Shown: positions 22,235 through 33,274, counted from the first letter of the stretch. The stretch: 64,000 bases of DNA from a virus (IMGVR_UViG_3300023184_007611:37046-101045); one strand, 5' to 3'. A program made the numbers and translations. The notes: a model not told the origin generated them from the sequence alone.

Positions 22235-23500
22235 TTACATAGCAATTATTTCTTTTCTGAAAGTTGAAAAAGTAGGAAATTGTATCCATTCCCCTTTGAA
22301 AAACTGCTCTTTTCCTAATAAATGATACATTATGACTATTGTTGAAAAATCATTATTAAATAAGTAAGAATTATTTTCGTACTTATCATAAAATGATCTT
22401 AATATATTTTTAAAGTTTTTCCAAGAATCATCGCTGCAAATATCTTTAAATTCTATTCTATCACTTAATATCTTATTCTTTAATGAAAACTCTGGTGTGC
22501 CTTGAAACCCAGCTAATAATGAACTCTTGCATATTATCTTTTTTCCAACTACCTCAAATGGAAAATAAAAATATCTCATTAATATTTTATCATACCTCTG
22601 ATTTTTTAAAAGAGGAAATTCAAAAGACTTTAAAGCATTGCTTTTAATCTTATTATCTATTTCATATGTTAATGGCATGTAACAACATAAAAGATGTTGA
22701 TTACCACTAAATCCACAAAAATCAAAATGTGTATGCGAAAAAAATTCAGATAATGCATCCATCTTTATGTGATCTAACTCAGCATTTAGAAAACTTAAAT
22801 TAAAACTCTTTATTTCCTTTTCTGAAAATATCCTTTCTGAAATCCTATCTAAAGAATGTTTTGTTAAATAAATCTCATATTTATCTCCTTCTGCATTTAT
22901 CTCTTTTAAATGCTTAAACAAAGTTCCATTTTCCGTTTTTAAAGATTCAATCTTTAAAAACTTAATATAAACTTGGTTGTTTAAAAAGCCTAATGTAAAA
23001 AAATAATAAGGAAAAAAATTCTTAAAGTTGCTATTCTTCAGCAAGTAACTAGTAATACATGATGTTGTTAATTGCAACATAGCAAACAAGAATTTCCTAG
23101 TGTCAAATTTATAATCAGCTTTAAATTCTATTAATAATTTTTGAATAACTTGTTTCTCTAAGATTTTAATTGTTGTGTGACTACTAGGGCCGAAATTAGG
23201 ATCAAAGTTACTTAATCTTATGATTTTTAAAAATTCATAAACTACCTTCTCATGGCTAGTTTTATCCTTTTTTTCACTTAACTCAACGAGCATTTTTCTA
23301 TATGTTTTTTTAAAAACAACAGCTATGTTTAGGGGTGCTTTATCTTCTGAAAATAATTCTAAAGAACAAAATTTATTGAAAAAATCCTTCTCCAATAAAT
23401 CTTTTTTTAATTTCTGTTTCCTTTTCATCTCTTTTGACATGGCAAACTCCTTTACCAAAGTAATATTTATTATTATTATGATTGTGCATGACAAAGACAA
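22235..23500 (-). CDS. Hypothetical protein (start probably MSKEMK, 23440)
   Basis: Long ORF; AAGGAG SD before MSKEMK; contains TKHSLDR and GFQGTPE. Confidence 0.6.
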   Translation of the reverse strand: MSLSCTIIIIINITLVKEFAMSKEMKRKQKLKKDLLEKDFFNKFCSLELFSEDKAPLNIAVVFKKTYRKMLVELSEKKDKTSHEKVVYEFLKIIRLSNFDPNFGPSSHTTIKILEKQVIQKLLIEFKADYKFDTRKFLFAMLQLTTSCITSYLLKNSNFKNFFPYYFFTLGFLNNQVYIKFLKIESLKTENGTLFKHLKEINAEGDKYEIYLTKHSLDRISERIFSEKEIKSFNLSFLNAELDHIKMDALSEFFSHTHFDFCGFSGNQHLLCCYMPLTYEIDNKIKSNALKSFEFPLLKNQRYDKILMRYFYFPFEVVGKKIICKSSLLAGFQGTPEFSLKNKILSDRIEFKDICSDDSWKNFKNILRSFYDKYENNSYLFNNDFSTIVIMYHLLGKEQFFKGEWIQFPTFSTFRKEIIAM

Positions 23501-23647
23501 GATTTAAATTTTTTTTTTAAGTATATAATTTAAATATTAACTTAATCCAAGGGATATATTTAAAATTAATCTTCAATTAATTTTACTTAATATTTAATTG
23601 AAACATAAAATTTAAAAATTAGATATATTTTTTATTTTTTCTAAATT

Positions 23648-24356
23648 CTAAAATTTTTCTAAATCTGCATATTGATAGTTTTCAAAACTAAAATTAAAAA
23701 GTTCTATGTCTTTTGCATGTATTTTCTCTACTAATTCTATTGTTTTGTCATCATAGTAAGTTTTGAAAAATTCATGCTTTTCTTCGTGTATATTTTTTTG
23801 ATCTTTTTCTTTTACTTTGTTTAAATCTTCTGTTCTGTTACTTATTTTTTTTATTAATTCAAAATCATTGTTTAAATTGTGTAAATTGATTATATAATCA
23901 ACTCCAATTTTATCATTTAGATTTATATAATTATAATAGCTATTATTTTTAATTAATTTTTCTAGATCACTTTCCTCATATAGATGCAAAATCCAATCTT
24001 TAAAAGTATATTTCTTTTCTATAATTCCAATCCAATACTTAATTCCTTCTGGATTTATTGGGTTTTTCATAGTTAAGATCTGTTTTCTTGTTCTATAATT
24101 AAATTCTGAAAGAATTCTCTCCCAAGGATTTCTAAATATTACAAACTTAAAATAATCCTCAAAAGGAATAGATTGATATATCTTTTTCTTATCATAAAAT
24201 TCTCTTTTTATATCTGCTAACATGCGATGGCCAGTTTTTTTACCTGTGATCAGGAATATCTGAATAACCAAAATAGGTTTTTACTGTTCCTCCACCTGTC
24301 TTTGGTATATGTACAAATAACAATGGTGTTTTATTTTTTCTTGGATTTTGTATCAT
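23648..24356 (-). pseudogene. Sulfotransferase (Sulfotransfer_2-type) split by a +1 frameshift
   Basis: 24356-24240 encodes MIQN..FVHIPKTGGG (5'-PSB motif) then stops; the +1 frame carries FRNPWERILSEF (3'-PB motif). Confidence 0.8.
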
Positions 24357-24472
24357 TAAAAAATTTCCTTTTTATTAACACATAAATTTTTTGTTAACAT
24401 GTAATTTATATACAGTCAATAAATAAAAAATTTTACTACAGTAATACATAATAAAAAAGGAGATTTGCTAAC

Positions 24473-25297
24473 ATGAGGAAAATATTTAAAAATCTATCTG
24501 GTGAAGGTTCATCTACGCCACCGCCTGCGACAACATCAGAGCCAACTACAACTGCTTCACCTACGACAACATTAGAGCCAACTACAACTGCTTCACCTAC
24601 GACAACATTAGAGCCTACTACAACACCACCTACTACAACACCACCTACTACAACTGCTTCACCTACGACAAAACCTCCTACTACTACTAAAAAACCTACA
24701 ACAACTACAACAACTACTACTCCAAATTGTGTTGCTGACCTTAAAACATATAAGTCGTATTGTTCGCAAGAAACTACAGACTTAGCAAGTAAAAAAGATA
24801 AAATAGCTTCACGCAAAACTAAATTATCAGATAAAAAAACTAAAGAAGGCGAATTGAAAACAGCACAACAAAATTATAAAGAAAATGTAAGTGCCTACAA
24901 AAAAGCTTTAGCAGCCAGAAACAAAGATATTGAAAACATTGCTGCACAAAAAAAAATAATTGCAGCAAAAACTAAAATAATTAATGATCCAAACTCAACT
25001 AAAAAAGCTAAAAATGATGCAATAATAGCAAAGAAAAATGCTATTGCTGCAAATGTAAAAAACCAAGCAAGTTATGATAAACATACAGCAACATATGAAA
25101 AAGCATTTAAAGATGCAAGTTTTTATGATAAATTGAAAAATTCTTTGGAAAGTTCAATTGCAAGTCTAACAAAACAAATTAATGCTTTAGATAAACAAAT
25201 ACAAGCCCTAACTGATAGCTTATCAGCACTTAATCAATCTAAGTCAGATTTAAGAAATACTATGGTTGATAGAGGATGCAATGAGCCTTCTTGCTAA
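24473..25297 (+). CDS. Thr/Pro linker + Cys-bracketed coiled-coil protein
   Basis: AAGGAG SD; PTTT repeats, PNC, long heptad region, C-terminal GCNEPSC. Confidence 0.7.
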   Translation: MRKIFKNLSGEGSSTPPPATTSEPTTTASPTTTLEPTTTASPTTTLEPTTTPPTTTPPTTTASPTTKPPTTTKKPTTTTTTTTPNCVADLKTYKSYCSQETTDLASKKDKIASRKTKLSDKKTKEGELKTAQQNYKENVSAYKKALAARNKDIENIAAQKKIIAAKTKIINDPNSTKKAKNDAIIAKKNAIAANVKNQASYDKHTATYEKAFKDASFYDKLKNSLESSIASLTKQINALDKQIQALTDSLSALNQSKSDLRNTMVDRGCNEPSC

Positions 25298-25337
25298 TAA
25301 ATGATCATCATAAGCAATAAAATATATAAATAAATCT

Positions 25338-27056
25338 ATGGACTTTAAAAAATGGTTATTATTAATTGAAACAGATGTTAAGAACTGGGAAAATGAAATA
25401 AAATCTTCTTCTTACAGTAGATCTTTTGCATTTGAAAATTGGTTTCCTACAGAAGGCAGAGTTTATATTCCATTTGAATCAGAAGAATCAGAAGATTCAA
25501 AAATTGATAAAGATATAGAAAACTATTTTAAAGACCATGAAAAGTATGAAATATTAGATTATCCTAAAGGATTAGCTGCTGATAAAATTTCAAAAAGACC
25601 AATGAAAATTGGAAAAATATTAGAAATGGAAGCTAAAAAAGAAGAAAATAAAATAAAATCATCTTATGAAAACAAACAAATTTCAGATATTAAATATCAA
25701 GACGAATTAAAATGGCATAAAGAATACTACAAAGGCCTTTTATCTACATTCACTTCGTCTAAGTATAGAGTTGGAGTTAAATCTACATCACCATATATGA
25801 TAGTCTTCAGTAGCATTCCTGAAGATATTGCTGCAATGTCTACTAATCGTAATTGGACATCATGTATGAATCTTCAAGGTGGAGCAAACAGAGAAAGCGT
25901 ATTTTGTGAAATAAAAAATGGTGGATTTATAGCTTATCTTTGTCTTAAAGATGATAAAAATATTGAAAAACCATTAGCAAGAGTGCTTATCCGTAGATTT
26001 GATAATAAAGCAGGTAAATCAATAGCAGTATTAGAAGAAAGTGTTTATGGAAATTCTTTAGATGGATTCGAACAACAAGTTCAAAAATGGATTGATTCAA
26101 AACAAGGTAAAATAAAACCAGCTAAATATATTCGCAAAGGTGGCTGGCATTCAGATACATTTGGAACTGCTGACCCTGATGATAGTGTTCAACGACAACG
26201 CAGAGATATGACAAAAATATTTTATCCCAAAACAGCTGATGGTCTGTTTAAAATGCTAGAGAAAAAAAGAGAACCAGAAGTCACAAGAGACATATTACAA
26301 AAGTTACTTGATCCAAATTTAGTACTTGATGAAGAAAACAAAACTAAACTTATTAATTTAATAAACTCTGAATGGACTATCAATACTTTTGTATACAATC
26401 TTTACGCTGCTGATTTCAAAAGAAAATTATTTTTAAAATATCCTGAACTTTTAAATAACCAAGAATTTTCTAATTTAAGAACTTATGATCGAGAAAAATT
26501 AGCTAGAAATAATCCAAAATTTAAAGAACTTCAAAAAGATTTAGCAATTAATGCAATATTATCTTTTGACCCAAGCAATCCATCTTTAAAAATACACAAT
26601 CCTGAATATGGTAGACCAGAAGCTTACAGTCAAATTACTGATATTGTTTTAGATTTTTCTGGTACAGGCAAATTAACAGAACCTTTAATTCGTAAATTAG
26701 TTGAAATTTCAGAATACTTTTTAAAAATATATGAAGCTGAAAAAGATAAAAGTTGGGGAGGGCCATTTGGAATCATCAAACATATCCTTGGTTTTTTAAG
26801 CAATGGAGATGCAGATACACCTACTGTCATAAAATTTTACAGTCGTTTATTACCATATTTTAACGATGATTTATTTATGGATGGATTAGGAACTGCATTG
26901 GCTCGATTAGGAGAAAATGGCAGACAATTTTTGCCATTTTTACAACAAAAATTACAAGAATCTAAAGATAATAAATATATGACAGAAAAATATGAATATG
27001 TTATAGATTCTATTGAAAATGGTACTGGTAGATCAAATAAATATAAATTTTATTAA
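25338..27056 (+). CDS. Leader-bearing hypothetical protein (MSTNRNWTSCM domain)
   Basis: MDFKKWLLLIE leader; TATAAATA box upstream. Confidence 0.7.
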   Translation: MDFKKWLLLIETDVKNWENEIKSSSYSRSFAFENWFPTEGRVYIPFESEESEDSKIDKDIENYFKDHEKYEILDYPKGLAADKISKRPMKIGKILEMEAKKEENKIKSSYENKQISDIKYQDELKWHKEYYKGLLSTFTSSKYRVGVKSTSPYMIVFSSIPEDIAAMSTNRNWTSCMNLQGGANRESVFCEIKNGGFIAYLCLKDDKNIEKPLARVLIRRFDNKAGKSIAVLEESVYGNSLDGFEQQVQKWIDSKQGKIKPAKYIRKGGWHSDTFGTADPDDSVQRQRRDMTKIFYPKTADGLFKMLEKKREPEVTRDILQKLLDPNLVLDEENKTKLINLINSEWTINTFVYNLYAADFKRKLFLKYPELLNNQEFSNLRTYDREKLARNNPKFKELQKDLAINAILSFDPSNPSLKIHNPEYGRPEAYSQITDIVLDFSGTGKLTEPLIRKLVEISEYFLKIYEAEKDKSWGGPFGIIKHILGFLSNGDADTPTVIKFYSRLLPYFNDDLFMDGLGTALARLGENGRQFLPFLQQKLQESKDNKYMTEKYEYVIDSIENGTGRSNKYKFY

Positions 27057-27144
27057 TTTAAAAAATATCTGACCCAATTGTGAAGATATTTTGAATAATG
27101 CACAACAATATAACATATTCTAATTAATGTGATATAAATATCAC

Positions 27145-27822
27145 ATGAAAGATGCCATCATTATATCAGATATTCATCTAGGCAGCGATAATTGCCAAGC
27201 TAAAGATTTAAACCACTTTCTCGATAATCTACCGCTTACCAAAAGACTCATACTAAATGGTGATGTTTTTGACTCTTGGGACTTCAGAAGACTAAAAAGT
27301 AGCCACTTCAAAATATTAGCAAAATTAAGACATCTATCAACTTTAATAGATGTTATCTGGATTCATGGAAATCATGATGGCCCTAGTGAAATAGTATCTC
27401 ATTTACTCGGATCTAATGTTCATGAAGAATATATTTTTGTTTCAGGCGATAAGAAAATTATCTGCACTCATGGCGATAAGTTTGATGACTTTATAGCAGA
27501 TTACCCTTTAACTGTAAGGGTAGCCGATTATCTATATCACTTTCTACAAAAACTTGATAATGATTTCTATTGGGCTAAATTAGCTAAAATGAGCAGCAAA
27601 ACTTTTTTGAAATGTATCGAAAAAGTTAAAGCCAAAGCAATTAAATATAAAGATAAAATGAAATGTGATTTGATCTGCGTTGGACATACACATTGTCCAG
27701 AAGCAAATGATGGCATCTACTTTAATTCAGGATGCTGGACCGAAAAAGCTTCTACATTCTTGCTGGTTGATAATGGTACTATTACTTTGGAGAAATATGA
27801 AGAAAATTATATTAGTATCTGA
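27145..27822 (+). CDS. plcP: LpxH-like metallophosphoesterase of PlcP (phospholipase C) type
   Basis: SDIHLG, NGDVFD, GNHD (His; LpxH has GNRD), HGD, GHTH, NSGCW; overlaps a GT4 gene. Confidence 0.7.
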   Translation: MKDAIIISDIHLGSDNCQAKDLNHFLDNLPLTKRLILNGDVFDSWDFRRLKSSHFKILAKLRHLSTLIDVIWIHGNHDGPSEIVSHLLGSNVHEEYIFVSGDKKIICTHGDKFDDFIADYPLTVRVADYLYHFLQKLDNDFYWAKLAKMSSKTFLKCIEKVKAKAIKYKDKMKCDLICVGHTHCPEANDGIYFNSGCWTEKASTFLLVDNGTITLEKYEENYISI

Positions 27823-28768
27823 TACATCTTACCCTGATGTAAATGGTGTTGCTACTACCATGTATAACTACCAATGTAATATAAAAGAATCATGTCATCT
27901 TTTGTCAAGTCATGATTTCAAGTCTTTCAACTGCCCTTTCTCTAATGATGTCAAACTTGCTTATGATGTCGAATTTGATAAAGATCTATTCACTGGTAAC
28001 TTCGCTGTGCATATTTCTACAGAAGGTACGCTAGGACTTTCTACAAGAAAATTCTGCTTGCAAAATGATATTAAATTTACCACATCTTATCTTACTATGT
28101 TCCCAGAATATATAAAATCTTATACTGGCATTCCATTATTCATCACAAGAGCTTACTTTAAATGGTTTCATAGTAAATCATCTAAAGTACTTTGCTGCAC
28201 TAATGACCTTATCAATAAACTATCTTGGCTAAATCATAATAATATGAAAGTATCTCCAAAAGGCGTAAACCTTGATTTCTTTAAATGTAAAAGTGATCTC
28301 ACCAATAACAATACCGCACTCTATGTCGGCAGAGTATCGAAAGAAAAAAACTTAGATGCATTCTGTCAATCTACTCTACCTATACAAAAAATTGTAGTAG
28401 GTGATGGGCCTCTTCTTCCTTACTATAAACAAAAATATAAAGATGTTTATTTCTTAGGCAAAAAAACTGGGGATGAACTAATCCAAGCATATCATAATGC
28501 CGATGTATTTGTATTTCCTTCTAAAACAGATACCTACGGATTAGTTATGCTTGAAGCTTTATCTTGTGGTCTGCCTGTTGCTGCTTATCCAATTAATGGT
28601 GCTTTAGATCTACAAGATGAAAAAACGGTATTCTGCAATGAAATATTAGATGTAGCTATATCAAATGCATTTTCTAATCTAGATGTTAAAGCATGTAGAG
28701 AACATGCTGAACAATATAGCTGGAGTATTGCTACTGATAAATTCTTGAATAATTTGATTTTTAATTAA
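27797..28768 (+). CDS. GT4 glycosyltransferase, Agt-like (glycosyl-diacylglycerol synthase)
   Basis: VSD..YPDVNGV, HISTEGTLG, FTTSY..FPEY, YVGRVSKEKNL, FPSKTDTYGLVMLEA; start at MKKIILVSD. Confidence 0.8.
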   Translation: MKKIILVSDTSYPDVNGVATTMYNYQCNIKESCHLLSSHDFKSFNCPFSNDVKLAYDVEFDKDLFTGNFAVHISTEGTLGLSTRKFCLQNDIKFTTSYLTMFPEYIKSYTGIPLFITRAYFKWFHSKSSKVLCCTNDLINKLSWLNHNNMKVSPKGVNLDFFKCKSDLTNNNTALYVGRVSKEKNLDAFCQSTLPIQKIVVGDGPLLPYYKQKYKDVYFLGKKTGDELIQAYHNADVFVFPSKTDTYGLVMLEALSCGLPVAAYPINGALDLQDEKTVFCNEILDVAISNAFSNLDVKACREHAEQYSWSIATDKFLNNLIFN

Positions 28769-29079
28769 AAAAACAATAGCCAGCAAAACAAAAATATCTG
28801 AAATAATAAAATGCTAATTCCAATTGTAAATCCATACTTGTGATTGCTTATCAATATCTTTTTCCAAATCATCAAGCTTAAACATGTTCCAAACATCTTT
28901 AACGCTGAAAATAAAGCAACCGATCCAGAGTCTAACCTTATTAGCCAAACACCTAATAAATTCTTTTCTTCATATATCAATACATTTTGAAATCTTATTA
29001 TAAGATATAAATCTACCGCACTTATTGATAATATCATTGTGAATAAAAACCAAAAAGCAATGTTTTTTGTTGTTGTCAT
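28765..29079 (-). CDS. Small membrane protein (DUF5658-like)
   Basis: Three hydrophobic helices with D..L and E-x-N motifs. Confidence 0.55.
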   Translation of the reverse strand: MTTTKNIAFWFLFTMILSISAVDLYLIIRFQNVLIYEEKNLLGVWLIRLDSGSVALFSALKMFGTCLSLMIWKKILISNHKYGFTIGISILLFQIFLFCWLLFF

Positions 29080-29228
29080 ATTACCTATCTATATGAATAA
29101 ATTATTTAATTATCAAAGTTGCCAATACTTCATAAATCCTTCACATTAATTGATGTATTTTTATAAAAATTTTTTTAAAAAAAACAATATATAAAGTAAG
29201 ATTATTTTTAACTACTAAGGAGAATACT

Positions 29229-30269
29229 ATGGGAGCAACTTCAAACGAAGGCGTAGGTCAAGGTTCAGTATCAAATATTTATCCAAAAATTTTAAATGAT
29301 GTTGTAAAATCAGAAAATCTTGTTTCTTCAGGTTTTACTGGCATATTAAGCATTGTTGGTAGCGATACCAATGCTTTAACTATTATATCAGGGCCAAGTG
29401 ATGGAGGCCCAAGTGATAATGCACAAAACTTGAATTTATATGGTGGAACTGGTAATTCAACTGGCGACAACGATGGTGGTAATATTGAAATTATTGGTGG
29501 TGTTGGTAATGGCGATGGTGAAGGTGGTGATGTTTTTATCGGTGGTGGTGAAGGTGGCCCAGATTCATCTTATAGCGGAGAGGTAACCATTGAAGGTGGT
29601 TATGGTGCTGATGATGAGGTTGATGGTGGTGATGTTTATATTTATGGTGGGCCAGGAAGTTTTGACAGCGGAAACTTTGGTAATGGTGGCCAAATCTACA
29701 TGGCAGCTGGTACTGGAGCTAGTGGCGGTGGTAATGGCGGTGATTTTACTGTATATGCTGGTGAAGGAAGAGGAGATGGTGGTAATGGTGGCAGTATTTC
29801 ACTTAATGCTGGCGATTATGATGGCGATTTCTCGCAAGCTGCTGGATATGTAGAAATAGTTGCTGGTAGTGTTTCTAATGATGGTACTGTTGCTGGAAAT
29901 GTACAAATATATGCTGGTAATTCCTATTCCAGTAAAAATGTAATTGGTGGAGATATTAATCTTCAAGCAGGTCTTGGCTCAGTAAATGGTCGTGGTGGTG
30001 ATGTTAACTTGGTTGCTGGCAATAGTGCTGGAACAGATAGGGGTGGTGATATTAATTTGAGTGCTGGCAATAACTCTGGTGCTGGCAGAGAAGGTCATGT
30101 TTATCTAAATTCCATGCCAAGAATGCCAGTATATGCAAATGCTACCGCAAGAGATGCTGCTGCTGGCATTGTAACCAACGGCATGTTTTGTTACAACACA
30201 GCGACAAGCAACATAGAAGTTTATGTTGGTGGAGCATGGAAGAGTGTTAACACATCTGCAATTGTTTAA
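29229..30269 (+). CDS. Gly-rich beta-solenoid putative fibre/virion protein
   Basis: MGATS N-terminus; repeated GGD-V/I-x-I-x-(A/G)-G; C-terminal GMFCYNT...VYVGGAW fibre-like motif. Confidence 0.6.
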   Translation: MGATSNEGVGQGSVSNIYPKILNDVVKSENLVSSGFTGILSIVGSDTNALTIISGPSDGGPSDNAQNLNLYGGTGNSTGDNDGGNIEIIGGVGNGDGEGGDVFIGGGEGGPDSSYSGEVTIEGGYGADDEVDGGDVYIYGGPGSFDSGNFGNGGQIYMAAGTGASGGGNGGDFTVYAGEGRGDGGNGGSISLNAGDYDGDFSQAAGYVEIVAGSVSNDGTVAGNVQIYAGNSYSSKNVIGGDINLQAGLGSVNGRGGDVNLVAGNSAGTDRGGDINLSAGNNSGAGREGHVYLNSMPRMPVYANATARDAAAGIVTNGMFCYNTATSNIEVYVGGAWKSVNTSAIV

Positions 30270-30290
30270 TTACAAATAAACTATTAAACT

Positions 30291-30328
30291 AAAAACTCTT
30301 TTTCATTAAATCGAAGAAGAGTTTTTTT
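30291..30328 (+). terminator. Intrinsic terminator
   Basis: aaaaactctt..aagagttttttt hairpin with T tract. Confidence 0.7.
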
Positions 30329-30351
30329 ATTTTCACACTTATATAAAGTAC

Positions 30352-30807
30352 ATGGAAATTAATAAAAATTACTGGATTAAAGAATTAGCTCCTCCTTATT
30401 CGCCTAATGAAGAAGATATAAAAATTTATAACTATAATTTATTAAAAGGAAGTGTATTGCTTTTAGGTTGTACACATAAGTTAATAACTTTAAGTGATTG
30501 TCAAATGGATATAGATCCTTGGTATGAAGGTTCAAATGTTATAGTACAAGAATGGACAACAAATAGAAAATCTTACACGAATATTATAGGAGATGGAGTT
30601 TTAAATTTTACCAAAGAAGCAACTGATAATTTATTATTAATGTGTGCTAATCACAGTAAAGTATTTGTAGCAAGATCATTTAATGAGAAGTTACCAGAAA
30701 TGAAGATAGCTAATTTCTTCCCAACCGAAAATGATTTTAATATAAAACCTAAACAAACAATAAAATTCGATAAATATTCTTTTTACATTTGGAATTTTAT
30801 TTCATGA
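30352..30807 (+). CDS. Degenerate SAM-methyltransferase-like protein
   Basis: VLLLGCT and IIGDGVLN motifs; coupled to the next gene by an ATGA overlap. Confidence 0.5.
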   Translation: MEINKNYWIKELAPPYSPNEEDIKIYNYNLLKGSVLLLGCTHKLITLSDCQMDIDPWYEGSNVIVQEWTTNRKSYTNIIGDGVLNFTKEATDNLLLMCANHSKVFVARSFNEKLPEMKIANFFPTENDFNIKPKQTIKFDKYSFYIWNFIS

Positions 30808-31817
30808 ACGCAGATGTTTTAAAACTAATAAATAATTTGGAAAAGTCACAATGGAGTTTCAAACCAAATTTTAATTTCATTAAAGATTTTAAAATTATGA
30901 CAAGATCAGATTTACAAAATTTAAAAATGGAAAAAGGATATTCCACTTGTAAAAGTTCTGGATCAACAGGTGAACCAGTTTCAGTTGAAAAGTCATATTA
31001 TGATTCTGTGTGGTTTGCTGCTAGTAATTTAAGAGAGATCATCTGGAGAAAATGGGATGTCTCTAAAAACATGGCAACAATTAAACCTAATATTAATATT
31101 TGCGATATGAATTCTTGGGGGCTTCAAGCAAAAAATCAAGGTAATGTATATTGCATGAATTATCAACCAGTTTCAGTAATACAGAAGTGGTTAGAAGAAA
31201 AGAACCCACATTACATTAGTTGTTTGCCTTCTATATTAAAGCAATTAGATTTATCTAAAATTAGTAATTTTATAGATAGCAAAGGAACTGGAGAAAAAGG
31301 TGGTACAAATTATTCAAGTGAAGAATGTGGAACAATAGCAATTACATGTCCAGATAATAAAAATGTATATCATGTAATGGAAAACCATATCGTTGAAGTT
31401 GATACTGATGGAGGATTAATAATATCAACTCTTTCAAACAAATATATAAGAAGATATAAACATGGAGATCATATTGAATTAGGCACTTGTCATTGTGGTA
31501 GATCATTGCAAACTATAAAAACAATACAAGGTAGAACAAGAAATATGTTTATAATGCCAAACGGTGATAAAAAATGGCCTTTGATTGGAAGTTTAGAATT
31601 TGATAAATTTGGTATTAAAAGATATAAGGCAATACAAGTATCAATAGATCAATTAGAATTACATATAATAGCTAATCCTTTAAATGATAGAGAAATTGAA
31701 TTAATTAAATTAGTTCAAGATAAATTAGACAGTTCAATTAAAGTTAACATAAAATATGTTGAAGAATTTTTAGGTTACAAACATGAAGAATTTGTATGCT
31801 TGATTAACACTTTATGA
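30804..31817 (+). CDS. Phenylacetate-CoA ligase/CapK-like adenylate-forming enzyme
   Basis: SSGSTGEP, YSSEECG, RYKHGD, CHCGRSL, GR motifs. Confidence 0.8.
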   Translation: MNADVLKLINNLEKSQWSFKPNFNFIKDFKIMTRSDLQNLKMEKGYSTCKSSGSTGEPVSVEKSYYDSVWFAASNLREIIWRKWDVSKNMATIKPNINICDMNSWGLQAKNQGNVYCMNYQPVSVIQKWLEEKNPHYISCLPSILKQLDLSKISNFIDSKGTGEKGGTNYSSEECGTIAITCPDNKNVYHVMENHIVEVDTDGGLIISTLSNKYIRRYKHGDHIELGTCHCGRSLQTIKTIQGRTRNMFIMPNGDKKWPLIGSLEFDKFGIKRYKAIQVSIDQLELHIIANPLNDREIELIKLVQDKLDSSIKVNIKYVEEFLGYKHEEFVCLINTL

Positions 31818-31851
31818 AATAAATATTAAACTATTGATCAATATATAAACT

Positions 31852-33267
31852 ATGAACTTTAAAAGCTGGCTATTAATAACTGAAATGGCAAAGTCCTTTT
31901 CACCTAAATATCTTGAAACAAATAGTTTACAGGCTTTATCTGAAATTGAACGAAATCCTGTTTTAAAAGCTAGATATAAAATATTGGTATCTGAATGGGA
32001 TAAAAAAAATAATACATTAACTCCTAAAGATGTAACGCTAGGAAGTGAAAAAGAGATAAATTGGAAATGCATTAAGAAAAAACACACATGGTCAGCACCA
32101 CTTAACAGTAGAACAAGAGGTACTAATTGTCCTTGTTGTTCAAACTTTATAGCTTGTAAAGATAATAATTTACAGTATTTATCTAAAAATTTACCAGAAT
32201 CTGATTTAAAAGCTAGATATAAAAGATTGGTATCTGAATGGGATAAAGAAAATAATATATTAACTGCTAAAGATGTACTGCCAGGAAGTAGGCAAGAGAT
32301 AAATTGGAAATGTAAAGAAGGACATCTATGGCCAGCACCAATTAGTAGTAGAACAACATTGGGTTCAAATTGTCCTGATTGTTCATCTACAAACAAAAGA
32401 GTTACTAAAGACTATAATTTACAAGCTTTATCTGAAAATTTACCAGAATCTGATTTAAAAACTAGATATAAATTTTTGGTATCTGAATGGGATAAAGAAA
32501 ATAATATATTAACTCCAAGTGATGTAACGCCAAAAAGTGGTAAAGAGATAAATTGGAAATGCATTAAGAAAAAACACACATGGTCAGCACCACTTAGCAA
32601 TAGAACAAAAGGTTATAATTGTCCTTGTTGTTCAAACCAAGAAGTTTGTAAAGATAATAATTTACAAGCTTTATCTAAAACTTTACCAGAATCTTATTTA
32701 AAAGCTAGATATAAAAGGTTGGTATCTGAATGGGATAAAGAAAATAATATATTGACTCCTAAAGATGTGACGCCAGGAAGTGATAAAGAGATAAATTGGA
32801 AATGTAAAGAAGGACATCTATGGGTAGCACCACTTTCTCGTAGAACAGGAGTGGAAGCAAATTGTCCTACTTGCAATCAATCTAAAGGTGAAGAAAAAAC
32901 ATATGAAATATTACAAAAGTACATAAGTCCAACACAAATTAAACGCCAATATCGGGATACAGATTGTAGAGGAGATTGCTTTTCTTTAAGATTTGATTTT
33001 ATAGTAGAAATAAATAAAAAAAAATACCTTATAGAATATAACGGTCAACAACATTACAGACCAGTATTTGGTTCTACACCAGAGCAAAGACAATCTGCTT
33101 TTGAAAAAGCTCAAAGGTATGATAAAGTTAAATTAGAATATTGCAGAAATAAAAACATTCCTTTTTTGGTAATTCCATATACGAAATATAAAAACATCGA
33201 AACAATAATAAGCAGTTTTCTTAAAACAAAAACTTTTGATAGTAAATTTGCAGAATTAGGATTGTAA
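31852..33267 (+). CDS. Leader + 4 treble-clef Zn-ribbon repeats + PD-(D/E)xK (Vsr/DUF559-like) endonuclease
   Basis: SEWD..WKC..H.W.A...RT...CP.C x4; SKGE ... FDF ... IEYNGQQHY ... D..K. Confidence 0.82.
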   Translation: MNFKSWLLITEMAKSFSPKYLETNSLQALSEIERNPVLKARYKILVSEWDKKNNTLTPKDVTLGSEKEINWKCIKKKHTWSAPLNSRTRGTNCPCCSNFIACKDNNLQYLSKNLPESDLKARYKRLVSEWDKENNILTAKDVLPGSRQEINWKCKEGHLWPAPISSRTTLGSNCPDCSSTNKRVTKDYNLQALSENLPESDLKTRYKFLVSEWDKENNILTPSDVTPKSGKEINWKCIKKKHTWSAPLSNRTKGYNCPCCSNQEVCKDNNLQALSKTLPESYLKARYKRLVSEWDKENNILTPKDVTPGSDKEINWKCKEGHLWVAPLSRRTGVEANCPTCNQSKGEEKTYEILQKYISPTQIKRQYRDTDCRGDCFSLRFDFIVEINKKKYLIEYNGQQHYRPVFGSTPEQRQSAFEKAQRYDKVKLEYCRNKNIPFLVIPYTKYKNIETIISSFLKTKTFDSKFAELGL

Positions 33268-33274
33268 ATAAACT

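Noticed and set aside
27680-27796. N-terminal extension of the GT4 ORF
   Set aside because: Overlaps the phosphoesterase gene; the family motif begins at MKKIILVSD (27797)
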